DNA of 56,948 nt, filler included, from Sphacelaria rigidula (taxonomy: Eukaryota): NCBI GenBank assembly GCA_964200075.2. It is 8 parts of 8 records of this genome, joined end to end, with 100 filler letters (N's around TTAATTAATTAA, not from the genome) between each part and the next. Parts side by side here need not be neighbours in the genome. Positions count along the whole stretch, not along the records: positions 7,132 to 14,162 come from CAXNAA020016856.1; positions 14,263 to 21,293 come from CAXNAA020016857.1; positions 21,394 to 28,424 come from CAXNAA020016858.1; 5 more parts are not named here. One strand, given 5' to 3'. Each line of letters opens with the position of its first letter. The stretch's first letter is position 1. Shown piece by piece: positions 12,601-25,700 of this stretch. The notes below the pieces were generated by a model. That model searched no databases, was not told where the DNA came from, and saw only the letters and a list, made by a program, of their open reading frames with translations. A program made the translations under genes and the position numbers.

Positions 12601-14574
12601 CCACTCCCCCTCCCCCCCCCATCCTCCCCCCCCGCCCCCTGGAAACCCCTGTATGTCCCTGGATTCGTCAGCCCGCGAAATTATTCTGAGGATACCCTCG
12701 CGGTCTAAGGATAAATTTGATGCTTGTTGATCCCCAAGATACGCAATAGAGCGCGCCGCGCGTATGCTGACATATGAGACAAAACATACTCGTCTCTATA
12801 GTGTACTGTACTACGCGTCAGTTGTGATACGTATACGTGAAATAAAGGCGTTTCTGTAGCGAAAAAACACTGTTCTGAACCACAAATGTGGCATAGTCCA
12901 ATGGAGTCCACTCGAGGGGGGGGTTGTAGTGCACGGGTTAACGGGCACCGTATCCGGTCGGGAACAGCCCCATCACCCTCTCGGCAGGCAAGAATCTGTT
13001 TTGTTGGTAAAAACTTGAGCATCTTTGTTCACGGTAGAGGTCGGCAGCGAAATCGCGTGGTGTGGGTGGGCGACGGAATTGCGTAGACACACGTTACACA
13101 CACATACAACTACACACATAGACACATAACCTACGCAAACACTACGGATAGTACTCGATCGAATCACTCCCGCCGCTTGTCCGCTTTGGTCGAACTTCTT
13201 CGGGTGAGACAACGCCCTGTATTATCGAGACAAGAGGAGTCAGCGACCTGAAGAAGTCTCCCCCTCCCTCTTTCCCCCTCCCTCAAGAAAACAGGCCATG
13301 GCGCTTTATTGTTGGGCGGCGGAGCTCTCTATTCATTTCTTTTTCTTCATTTTTTTAATTTTCGGGCTGTTCGACATTTGTTTTCGGCTATTCGCCATGG
13401 AGAGAAACATGAACCAGCGGCTCGATGACCCCTGCTGTGGTACATGGTACATGCCCGTCAGACAGTCCGAACCTGAGAGGCACAAGCACACACACACTTC
13501 TTATATCGCGCTCCCAGGATAGGCAATGAATTGCTCGACACCTAAGTTTTGATAAGTATGTACGACGTTTCTTCGCTCGGGAGACTCGTTCGAAAATTGA
13601 GTGAGGCACAATCATGTATTGTCAGACGGGCGCCGTATAACACACCCATAACGGTCAACTACTTCATCGAGAGCAATCGCTGTCGCGCACACACGACCAC
13701 CCCTCTTCCAACACTACAATGGATAACCGTAAAAGACTCAACACTGTGTAGCGATGAGGAGGAGCTAGCGCAAGGCGTGATCTGCTTGTGCTGGAGATGC
13801 GCGGGCTCGGTTCTGCACGTGTGACGTGTTTCAGTTGCTTGTGTTGGCCACGCCCGTTGAGATTTCCAGGACTGTTTTCAACTGCGTCCGTGCCGAAGGA
13901 AACATCGCTTCTCCCTGAACTTTCGTTGGTGTGTTTCCTCGTTGAGATTATGAGGTCGTGGCCTATCATTTTTGTTTTGGTGTCGAACGAAATGGTGAAG
14001 CGGTATTGAATTCGTTTGTTTGATTACGTTTGGTTCTGAGCGAACTTGGATGGTTCCGATCGAAAAAGACGATTGAATTCGCGAAGCGGTACGAGCTGGG
14101 CCAGCCTAGACACGGATTTAAGCTCTCAAAGCAATATCTCGTCGACACGGACGAGTTGGGCCNNNNNNNNNNNNNNNNNNNNNNNNNNNNNNNNNNNNNN
14201 NNNNNNTTAATTAATTAANNNNNNNNNNNNNNNNNNNNNNNNNNNNNNNNNNNNNNNNNNNNACTGGCGAGCGAAGGACAATGAAGCAACACGCTGACTA
14301 CCCGCGAGCACCAGCGACAGCAGTGTTTATGGCAGCCAAGCCACCCATGGCTGCTGTCGTGGGCTGGAGGGTGTGTTGGCATGCGGCGGAATTTCAAATG
14401 CGTTTTCTGATCACATATGAAGTGGGTTATCAGAAAACGCGTTTTTTTATAGAGTTTTCTTTATACGTGAGAACTAGCCGATGGGCCACCGTCAGCGTCA
14501 CGTACACGGTAACATCAGGCGTTAAACGACACATGACAACGCCTCAAACACTGGTAAATGAGCCGCGACATGCA

Positions 14575-14860
14575 CAGAACGAAACGTTACATTCAAACGT
14601 TACACGTGTCAACGTAACGTTATATTAAACGTTACACTTGACATTGAAACGTTTCATATTACGTTACATGTAACGAAACGTAACGGTAAATATTTTTTAC
14701 GTGATGAACGTAACGTGAACGTGACGTTAAATTTTCATATGAAACGTTAACGTAACGTTCAAATTTATTTAACGTGACATACGTAACGTAACGTGAACGT
14801 TAAATATTTTTTACGTGATGAACGTAACGTGAACGTGAACGTGTAACGTGTAGACCCCTG
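14575..14860. mobile_element. Right end of a hAT-like DNA transposon/MITE with dense AACGT subterminal repeats
   Basis: Ends ACGTGTAACGTGTAGACCCCTG, matching the TIR of the MITE at 27458-27583. Many AACGT/ACGTT motifs. No left TIR found in the contig. Confidence 0.7.
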
Positions 14861-17630
14861 AAAATTTCGGCTCGGCACAGTTCTTCTATACTGAAACGCC
14901 ACCGGTGTACCTACCCAATGTATATATCTAACCTCTCTTCCCCTGGTGCACATGTTTGTGTCATGACATATGACAGGTTGAAATGCAATCGCCGGAACGG
15001 GTGGCTGAAGACATGCTGACCTGGTACCGCACAGTGTGCGGGAAGGTTAGGGTGAGTGTGAAGCGAGTATCGAAGTCGCGTGCGTACCTGGTGTGGCCTA
15101 TACGCCTGTTGCTTTTTTGCAAGGATCGCCCCACCTGAACACGTCCTCGTATGGACGGTTGCCGTGGTATCACACGATAATAACAGTTGCTTGAGTGCTC
15201 GCATTCGTCTTGGAGTCGTGGTGATTTGTTGGAAGAAGACATGTGCATTATTTAGTGATTGCTGTTGGAAGCAGAGGGAAATTATTGAAAGGCGCCAGTT
15301 TTTACTGTTTCTATTGCGTGCTTTATTGGAAAGTGGCAGTTGTGCTTCAGAGGAAAATATCATTTTTTTTGTGCTCGTGAATGATTGGCAGCTTTTTCAC
15401 GATGCGATGGTATCAAGCTCACTGATGTGCTACGAAGCCAGTCATGGTCACAACACCAGGTGCAGCGTATGTTCGAGTTAGATGAAAGGCAATACTCCCA
15501 TGAATCACACTATTGAACAATAGTTGACACAATACAACAGGCTCGTGGTTGAATGTAGTCCTCCTCTATTTATGAATCAGGTCCGCACATTTTTTCATGT
15601 TTTCTGAATCAAATATCGTACATGAAAAAATATGTCAGCTTCAGGTAAAAGAAGATACGAGCTACTTTTTGATGTCGAAGCTGACCTTGACTTCACGCTG
15701 GCATTTCACGTGAATCTTGGTCTCGAGTTACTGAGGTATGTTGGCTTGTTTGCGCGATAATTTGCCATGCCAAACAGGCTAAGAACAAGAGCAACATATG
15801 GGTATTTTGGGGTCGGCTTCATTCTCTGCTGGCGTGCTGCTATCTTGTACTGCTGGTGCAATTTTGCTGGTTCGCCTATACGCTACCACACGCGGCATTC
15901 AAGGTGAGGACTAATTGGTTGCAACATGATGCCGCTGGCACCTAAAATCGATGAATTTATTAATTGGTTCTGATACTGATGTACTATACTGTACTACTCC
16001 CCGGCGAATCCAGCTGTGGTCACCACAAATGCGGGGCATTCCCGAGGTGAAGAATACGTGAACATGTCGAACACTGCTCCGACGTTGCTGCGCAGTGACG
16101 CTTGGAGCTATGAGACGTGCACCAACGAAGTGTCGGCGCAACAACATTGGCCACAAGCAGTCAGCTTCCTGTCAACCAAAGCTAGTTGCCGTGCCCCACG
16201 CGAAAGTCCGCATTTCTGTTCTTGATGTAGGTTCGGGTTTCTCCCAAGCATGAATCTCGGTCAATCCACTCTATCGAAGTCAAGGCCCTCGCTACGCCTG
16301 CATTTATGTTCCGTACGCTGGTTGCGTGTATCCGAAGCTCAAGGCGTGGGATATCCTCCTTTTCCTACCCCCATCTCCTTCAGACCAGACCTCAGGCTTG
16401 TTGCAGATCGAATTTATCTTCACACCGGGCGTATGTTCCTCATTCAGTCCTGTACGGTACTGTGCACAACATGCGTATGGAAAATCATGAAGTCTTCGAT
16501 GCCGATACGCTACCTTGTGCACCCTTCCAATTTTTTATGGCCATTTGGCGCATGGAATGCCACGAGTAGTCTCAAATAATCACTATGATCCAACGGCGCA
16601 CCACAATCCACACGCGCGCGCGTGTATGTTTTACAGGGTGCGTGCAACTATTGCCGGTCTACACGGAACGCTCTGGGCAACTCGTCTTTCTTCAACAAGA
16701 TATCCAACACGTACAAGGCGAGTCGATTTCCCCCGAATAGCTTTTTTTTATTCCTTTTTGTCATTCTTGTACCATTGCCCTGCAGAATGATTTGATTGCC
16801 GCGGGCAAACTGAGGAGATCCGCTATGAACCCGGCCGTGGTCACCAGGTGGACGTACCTACCAAGAACGTAATAATTCGTTTAAGGAAACTTGAGCAACG
16901 TGCGGGCAAGGCTACAATTCAGCGTGAACCCTGCGCTGGACGTGGTTTCCACGGGGCTTGTATTGGACTCGGGTCGGCGACTTTGGTATCCTTGCCACAT
17001 CCCCGCCGTGTGCATCAGCAGAAGTCCTTTCCGAAGGAGGCTGCACCGTCGATGAAGCGTGCTGACACCAGGGATTTGAGTTCGTATTACACCAGGATTA
17101 CCAGGACTTTGTTTCAATGAGTTATTCAGCCTTTTATTCGTCGTCGATGAGGACACATGGCTTTCGAACAATCCTTTATTTCACACCTGTGTTCGATACC
17201 AAAGTGGAGATGCTGAATTATAACCACGACGAATCTTGCCGCCTCGATTGGACTGACTGCAGGAGATGATGCACTTTTCACGGATGCAGTAACATCCCCT
17301 CAAGCACACAAGCACGCTTTTACGTTTGCTGGGTCATTTCGTCGCGCCTCATGCCTCATGCCTCATGCTCGCCCCTGCTCCTGTGCTTGCTGGTGCTTGT
17401 AACGATTTGTCAGCAGGCTTTGAGCAACATCACGGTGGGGCGTGATGCGCGGTGATGGCTGCGAAAGATGCAGGTTGTTGTTCACCGGCGTTTTCATAGG
17501 ATGGGAGAAGGTCGCATGAAAAGCAGGCGGCAACGAAAATTTAGACTATCGTTAGATCACTATCGGGAAAAGACAATCTCTGTTTCGTCTTCATCTTTGA
17601 GGTTTGAAGCTTTTGCGATCAAGTAAGACC

Positions 17631-18015
17631 GCCGGTCGCCCTGGTGGCTCAGTTGGGAATCTCGGAACCTTCTGACGGTTGGGACGTGGGTTCGACTCTA
17701 GGGTAAAGTCACACGGTCTGAGATTTTCTCACATCATTCCCAGCAGTGGAGAGCGACTTTGTCGTGGGTACACAAAAATTCGACTCCACGGTTGACTAGG
17801 AGAATGGGACCGCCGAACCCCTCTTAAGATGAAAAAAAAAGGCAAGAACCTAAAAGGAAGGTGGAGTACTAGATCAAAATTGAAAAAGTTCAGTGTTGGC
17901 CTTTCTCCTGTGTGACCCCGGCTGATGTACCCACATGCACCGCAAGGTGTAGACTGGCGTCCGGAATAGATGCGATGGCAACACAACACAGCACAACACA
18001 CACGACACACAAAAC
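17631..18015 (+). mobile_element. tRNA-derived SINE, full-length copy 2, with probable target-site duplication
   Basis: A-box TGGCTCAGTTGG, B-box GGTTCGACTC, same body and CA-rich tail as 1706-2068. Flanks AGTAAGACC (17622-17630) and AGTAAGAGC (18016-18024). Confidence 0.85.
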
Positions 18016-20499
18016 AGTAAGAGCGTGAATCCAGATATACGTGTATGCATGACCATGTTTCCATTTTTCCAGGCTAGAGTATGCGGGGGTATCAGTAGAG
18101 CTAGTGCGTCACAGCGGGAGCCTGCAATTTTTGCACCTCGTGTGGTGGACCTTGTTGGTTATGCTGCAAATGTTGTCGCTGTACATGTATGAGATTGCTA
18201 TGCCATGTTTACCCAGGCACGTCGTATTGATATCGCTTTTTGGCTGGTCGGAGGGATTGAAATATAGAATGTGTATCTATGCACGTTGCGCGATGAGGCG
18301 ATCTTTGCTTCTGTTGGAGGTTCGAAATTTTCAGACTAGGTCTATGCACATTGTGCGATGGCGCGACCTCTCTTATCGTTTGGAGTTTCGGCGCTGTGAC
18401 GCATGTGGATCCATGGCCCTAGTGGTGCATGTATTCCGTGTAATTTCTCATTTATGGCTGTGCGCTGTAAAGCGTGTGGGTTTACAGACGTTTCTATGTG
18501 AAAGGTGATCTATTGTATTTTATCCTAGACGATAATAGCAGCCCTGGAGAAAGGGCATCCACGTTGGTACAGCTGCAGGCGAAGTAAGGAACAAGTCTGG
18601 ATTGCTCCATCGAAAATGTCGTGATTTACACGATATTATTGCAGTTGGATCACCAAAATGATTGATTTACCGGCCAAGTTGTGCTACGGAAGGCGAGTAA
18701 GCGAAGCTGGTGCACAGTCGCAGTCCGGTATGAAATACACCTCAACTTTGATCCATGGGTACTCGTTTCGGAACAAGATCACCGACTGGGATCTACGCCG
18801 ATAACCCCGACGGAAGACTCCTCTCTGCTTTCGATGGCAACGTTTCGCGTATATCGTGGTCCCCAACTTCTGCTTCATGTAAATTACTTCACCACAGCAG
18901 TCGTTTTCCACGCATTTTCAGCAGTCCACGCAGGATTCATCTGAGGGGCTGTGGCCGCGAAGGTTGGCGCATATTACTGAGAATCGCTGTAGGGGTAGTA
19001 TTGCCTTCCGGACGATCGGACAAAGTTTTCAGTGTACGGTCGATGCCGTGAATTTCAACGTGCAATAGTTTCTGCTGTTCAATTGTTCTCGTTTTGACAA
19101 CGTGGTGCGTCGTTTCAACTGCCATGGGTTCAGTGATGGTTTTGTAGAGGCAGGTCAGCAGCGGTTAAGTAGTGGCAGCGCCGTGTGCTTTTTGACCGTG
19201 ATTGGGTATCGTTTCGACGCTGTTTGGTTTCGACGACACCCTGGACAATTTGAGAAAAAAGTATGGCGTACAGAATATATATATATATATGTATATATAA
19301 ATATATTGCTGTAATGGCCAATAGAGTTGATAATGTCACTGTCCAGAGTGTGGGTTTGAGCAGTATCGACCAGCGTGGGTGTGCGCTGAAAGCACGCGCT
19401 CATGTTCGTATCGTGACCTTTGATGGTTCTCAGGGAAGGTACTGCTCGGCAGGGGTTTGGTGGGTAGCTAGCTTGTTGAGCGACAGCACCGTTGTAGATG
19501 TTCATGGCGCTCTAGGCAGCCACACTCATTGTGACTATGCGGCCATAGGGGCGCATACTTTTTTTTGTTTGCGATCGTTTGTTCTACAGTTCAACAGTAC
19601 ATACCGCATTGCGGGCAGCAATGTTCGATACTGATTCACGTGGTCATCATGTACGGGTTGCGGCCTAATGCTGTCGTAGATTGATTGACGTTCTTGTACG
19701 CGCTTATCCTGCGCCTAGGAGCATTACAGGTGGAGCATCAAAGCCGGAACAGCAACACACATTCCAATGTTGCCTCGATATTCCATCGCTGCTTTCGCTT
19801 CTTGTGCTGTACAAATACGGAAAGCTATGAGTACGTTTTTTCGCACGTTATGTTTCATCCTTTAGAATGCGAGGCATTTTCCTATTATCCAAGCACCAGC
19901 CGGAGAGGGTGGAGGGGAAATCAGAGGTTAGAGTCGCGAACGTTCGCGGTGTACTGTGGCTGTGGGCACGGGAAGTTGGTCCTTTTTCCCTCCTGTTTTT
20001 GACTAAGCCTGATCCCAGGACTACCTTTGTTTCATGTTCTGCAACTCACAGATGGAGATGGCGGGGTTGTCGTGTTTAGCGCAGATCGTTCACACTGCTG
20101 CTAGCGGGGGATTTTGTAGAATTATATTTGTCGTGTGCCAAGGATTATACACAGCACTTCTATGCGTATGTTTTAGTGATGTTCGCCCTTTCCACCTGCC
20201 CAAGAACGTCATGGGATCCAAAGCTTGTGTAGTATGGCTCGGTATGTGGAGTTTTGCATTAGGACGTGAAATGCGGTGTGCCATCACACACACATATGTA
20301 TATATATACGAAGTATATATTTACCTCGTCTCCTCTCATCGCTTGGTTGGTGCAATGCTGATTGATGGACATGATTTAAAGGTGAAAATAATCCGCAGGC
20401 ACCTCGGTACTCGAGGGTTTTTCGGTGTCATGAGTGTGTCCACCCCCCCCGTCCCCGTCCCCGTCCCCGCCCGCCCCCCCACCCCCCGCATACCTCCTA

Positions 20500-21130
20500 T
20501 GGGGTTGGCGTTGGTTGGCTTTGACGCTGCAAAACACGCCACTGGGTAAGCTAGGCAACCAGGTTGCGGATTGTTTTCGCGCTCCCACGTTTTTTCACGG
20601 CAGCCATGATGGTCGAGCTCGATCATTTTGTGCGGGGTGGGACAACCTCAACTCCGTGCAAATGAGGTGATTATTTCACGTACTGTTTATATGGCGAGAC
20701 ACCCAGGAGGCAGTGTGGAAGCCGGGGCTGTCTCCGGAAGTGGTGATGACAGAAAATGAAGCAACTCATTGAAGGCTGTCATCCAAATGCGAGACAATCG
20801 GTACGCTTGGGACTTGACAATCTTAGCAGGATGCAATTCACCCTTTGTGCGGCTCGCCGAACACATCACGGCGCTTTGCACTTGGTGATTGCGGGCCTAG
20901 TTCGGCGAGAAGCCGGCGTGCTCCATCGCGGCTTTGTAGGGATGCGAGATCAATGGCCATAAGACTATGACATGCAAGATCATGAGTACACCCCCCGCCC
21001 AGCAGTAGATACACGGGGGGATCAGGTGGGGGTGTATTCATGACCTTGCACGCCATAGTCATATGACCATTAATCTCGAACCTCTACAAAAGCCGGGACG
21101 GAGCACGTCGGGTTTTCGCTGGACCAGATG
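20500..21130 (+). repeat. Unclassified dispersed repeat family. Other copies (opposite orientation) at 21394-21692, 26483-26790 and 35656-35725
   Basis: Long colinear matches by eye, e.g. ctgcctcatgg(g/a)tgtctc and gggtgtactcatgatcttgcat. This copy ends in a ~100-bp inverted repeat (20897-20996 vs 21028-21128). Confidence 0.8.
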
Positions 21131-21694
21131 CGGCTGGGGTGTGGGGGTGGGGCGTACTCATTTGTTGCTTGCCTTAGTCGTTTGGCCATTGATCGTTGAC
21201 CACGGGCGGGGGTGAGCGCCGTGATTGTAGGGTAACCTATCAGAGTGATGCAACGGTAGGGGTACAGAAATAATTTCTGAGGTTAGAATTGTTNNNNNNN
21301 NNNNNNNNNNNNNNNNNNNNNNNNNNNNNNNNNNNNNTTAATTAATTAANNNNNNNNNNNNNNNNNNNNNNNNNNNNNNNNNNNNNNNNNNNNGCCAGAA
21401 GCCTACTGAGTATCTTGCATTTGGATGACGGCTTACAATGAGTTGCTTTATTTTTTGGTATCGCCACTTCCAGAGACAGCCACGGCTTATAAACTGCCTC
21501 ATGGATGTCTCACCATAGACCCACCACGTAGTGCAATCATCCTCATTGTGCGGAGTTGAGGTTCTCCCACGCCCACAACATGATCTAGCTCGACTACCAT
21601 CATGGTTACCGGAAAAAAAAGGTAGCCTGGTTGCCTAGCTTACGCAGTGAGTGGCTTGTTTTACAGCGTCATCGCCAACCGACGCCAACCCCGC

Positions 21695-21800
21695 CGGGGG
21701 GGGGGGGGGGCTTTCTGGCTCGCGGCTGCGCCGCTCGATGACCAAACCATCATGTACCATTCAACTGGTTTATGGTTAGACAAACCATTTCCGAGCTCCA
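21695..21800 (-). mobile_element. Terminal fragment of the hAT-type MITE family seen intact at 55526-55924
   Basis: Reverse complement reads tggagctcggaaatggtttgtctaaccat...aatggtacatgatggtttggtcatcgagcggcgcagccgcgagcca, matching the left end of the 55526 element. Confidence 0.8.
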
Positions 21801-22565
21801 TCTCAAGAATGTGACGAACAAAAGTGACCGCTCAGCACATGATAGCTTATATTCCAAAGCATTTTCTCCGGCCCGTGGAAAGGGGTAAAAAGTACGGTAA
21901 GAATAAGGATCGGAGAAGTTCTTCGTCCAGTCGGTTTTGTCCCGTGCGCGTGGTTTCGACGGGCGCTGTGGAAGGTACATATTGGTCAAACAGAGGTACA
22001 CTTTGGACATGACACGATACAGCAGAAGACAGGACGTGGTACAAGATAAATTTAGTACTGTAGTGCTTGCGGGGTACACAGACCCCATTGGCGCACAAAG
22101 CGGGGTACTCCGCACGGCCCTTGTTTCCCGCAGCACTGTTCTGCCGTGCAACCGCGCCCTTTTCCAGCGAAAGTTGGTGCACATGCTCTGCATGGGCTGT
22201 GGGTGCCTTGCCTTCGCGAAGGGATTGACTTTTGAGTTGTTTGGGCCTGGCACGGACAGCTCCAAGTTGCGCGGTCAACTGTACCTACGTTTTGGCTGAA
22301 ATATGGGGAACTTTACCCCCACTTTGTCCATTGCTCTACATAAAACGACACGGGGGATGGATGCAGGCATACTCACGCGATTGCATCGCACAGCCATCTG
22401 GCCATTACCCGCGCCACCTTGAGAGGAAGCGATGGTAGTCACTACGGGAGGACCAAACAAAACCACAACCTCAAGGTGAGAATAAAAAACACTCACACAA
22501 ATATCAGAACAAATGCTGCACAGAAAACATCAACAAGGAAACAAGAAATGATGGAGCCCACCCAC

Positions 22566-22721
22566 CTGGTCGAGCGATACTGGCTCTATACCAGCCGCGC
22601 GTGCGGCAGAGTCGGTGAGGATGGGATCGTAACCGATGGCATTCATGCCGAAGTTCATGCACCACGACGCCACCTCGCGTCCGATGCGCCCCAGCCCGAC
22701 CACCCCGACAGTCTTGCCCAT
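22566..22721 (-). CDS. PHGDH: PHGDH exon (156 bp, NAD-binding [14 protein letters not shown]...SLDQ)
   Basis: Acceptor ttcag|ATG; donor CAG|gtggg. Confidence 0.93.
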
Positions 22722-25700
22722 CTGAATTTTTGTAAAAAAAAAATGCCGAGGGTGGACAGATCTCCCTCAGCGCATATTTCATCCATTGATTGTTCAATTG
22801 TTGCATGATAGCATATTTGCTGAGAACTCCAGTGGAACAAATAATTTCGCATCAGCCTCATTGAGTGCCCGCAGGTGGGTAGCTACTGCGCGACATATAC
22901 GCCGATCAAGCTAACGTGATGTCGATCGATCTCAGCAGGTGAGATACACCCTACTGTAGACGTCCAAGGAAGGAAAGACCTCATCACCCACTGGGGTTGG
23001 GTATCTTGGTGCCTTCTCATCTGTTCATGTGATGCCGATTCAATGAACAACCCACCGTGGGGGGCGGTCGAAAGAGTTTTACACTGTTCTGCGGTAAAAA
23101 TGAAAAAAACAGAGAAAAATACTCTCGGGGAGTTTTTCCCGTTAGTGTACCACAGTATCCCCACGTCCGAGCTCGTGGAATAGTTTTGATTTTTTTCAAT
23201 ACAAGAAAAAAGAGAACATCTCATCACTTCACGCATCATTTCTCTCCCCCGTTACGGCCGACAATTGCCATTGTAACTACCATGCTCACAACGGAAGAGA
23301 AAAAAACAAAAATCCAAAATGTACTGAGAGAAATAGAAAGAGCCATCGTGAAACGACCAAACGCACCCCCTCTATCCGCACCGCTCCCAAATTTCTTCAA
23401 AACCCGGCTTCCTACACCCAACTTCTTCCCTTTGTCATCTTCAGCTTCTGCACCCCTCCCCCCCCCCTCCCACCCCCTCTTTCCATTTTCGGCTCTCACC
23501 AATTCAGTACCCGTGTACTTCTTGCGGTCCCAGCGGCCCTCCTTCATTGAGGAAACCGCCTGCGGAATGTTTCTGGCGAGGGAGAGGATGTGTGACATGG
23601 TGAGCTCGGCAGTGGAGACAGTGTTTCCGCCCGGAGTATTCATCACCAGCACCCCCTTCGCGGTGGCTGCGGGGACGTTAATGTTGTCGACACCTTAAAA
23701 ACGTCACAAGGAGTACAGGAAAAAAAGTAAGGTCAATCGCGCCAAGAGAGAGACAAAGGGAGGATTTGTCCCGGGTAATCGCCGAAAACCGGTACACCGA
23801 TTGCATTTTCGCCAACATCCGGTATAGTTCACCATCCTCCTTCAGAAACGCTCCAGATGCAGACGGGCAATCGCCAAAAACAGGTACACCGACTGCATTT
23901 TCGCCAACATTCGGTATTGCTCACAACCCCTTTCAGAAAAGCTACAAATGCAGTCACCCGATTGGCCAAATCACGCCGCGTATGGATTCTGGCAAAAAAC
24001 ACAAGCGGTGTCCCTGTTGTTGGACAACTCAATTTGGCTTTATCCCGACGGTTTTCAGCGACGACCATTATCCTCATAGATATTTTCAAGATGCCCAGAG
24101 TTTGATCTTATAATACCACCCCTTTTATTTGTGTTGGTGCTGAAATACAATTATTTTTTCTTGTATCTGGGTTAAATACTCGAGCTAAAAAAGCTGTTCT
24201 AATCGGATCATATTCTAATCCAATAACAATACCATTCGTAGATGTTCGTTGAGAATCTATATATCGGTACAACTGAATGTGTCCTCCTCCTCACCGGGTT
24301 TTGGCGATCGACGTGCCTAACCGCAGGTTCCCGACCAGCTCCAAAACATGTACGTCACCAAATTATTTGTTACCCTTCGACGGCTGGTCGTTGAAGATTC
24401 GAATACCCGACAGTGTTGAGTGATGGAAATCGTGTATCGAAATATCGAGGATCGATTGCGATTTCCCGCAATTCTCAGTATCGGAATCGCGAGTTTGTGA
24501 GCCGATACTTTCGATACGCAAACTGGTTCTTGGCTCTCTAGGGGGGCCATTCTACTGTAAACGGGAGGGGGTTGTGCATTCACATCATCGTTCGCCCCCA
24601 TTCCTTGCGAAAATGAACCTTCAAGAACAGCAGAACGGGCCCAGAAAACCAGGAAACCAGAAAACCGGAAAACGCTTGTGTGGCTGTTTTCCGAGTTTAG
24701 ACAAAAATATCGTTATCAAGGTTTTTTCGTCAATATTTGAAAAAGTCTTCGTGAACTTTCTATTCCGTTCAATGTTCAACACTAATCTCCGGAGTTTTGC
24801 CTCGTCAATCCGACAACAAGGACGCGGTGGTTCCACAGCTTTGAAGAGGACGGGCAGTTCAATCGCACGGCGCCGTGCACTCTCTGGCTGGCTGTCACGA
24901 GGTCACGGACCAACGGCTGTGGCGTCCACAACGTTCGAAGATGGCTGCTCCTTTTCAATCCCACCAAGTCAACAGTACAGTAAAAAAGGAGGGATTGCTA
25001 TTCAACTATAGCAAGGATCCGCGCGCCCACCCGGAGCGGGCGTTCCTCGCCACCAGCAGGAGCATGATTGCCAACACAAGAGGCAGAAAGCAGGAGGCAT
25101 ACTACTGTTCAATGACAAGGTGCGACGAAGTAGGGTGCACGCTAGCTCCGTCCTCGTTGCTTTGTCGTACGTTCTCATTGAGCAGTAGTATGCCTTCTGC
25201 TTGGTGCCTCTTGTGCCGGCAGTCATGCTCTTGCTGGTGGCGAGGAACGCCCGCTCCAGGTGGGCGCGCAGATCCTTGCTATAGAAAAATGGCAATCTTT
25301 CCTTCATTACTGTACTGTTAACTTGGTAGGATTGGGAAGAAGCGGCCATCTTGGAAAGTTTTGTTCGCCACGGCCGTTAGTTTGTGATTTCATGACAGCC
25401 AGCCAGAAAGTGTGCGGCGCCGTGCGCTTAAATTGCCCGTCCTCTTCAAAGCTGTGGAACCACTGCGTGCTTGTCGCCGGATTGACAAAGAAGTATTTTT
25501 TGCCGGATTGACGAGGCAAACCTCCGGGATGTTTGAGATTGGATGGAGAGCAACGGAACTCCGAATATTCGAATCTTCAATGACTAGCCGTCAAAGGGTA
25601 ACGAAGAATATGGTGACGTGTACATGTTTTGGGGCTGGCCGGGAACTTGCGGTCAGGCACGTCGATCGCTCAAAACCCTTGCGGTGGAGCCAAATTGAGT

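Noticed and set aside
15250..15450. Possible hAT dimerisation-domain relic on the minus strand (IFSSEAQLPLSNKARNR)
   Set aside because: Resemblance too weak to call, and its position is inconsistent with the TIR ending at 14860.
15900..17200. Cys/His-containing short ORFs suggesting a decayed transposase
   Set aside because: No ordered motif set could be recognised by eye.
20500..21692. Apparent large inverted repeat spanning 20.5-21.7 kb
   Set aside because: The arms are on either side of a linker; they are just two copies of a dispersed repeat.
23057..23698. 213-codon plus-strand ORF
   Set aside because: Antisense shadow of a PHGDH exon plus intron.
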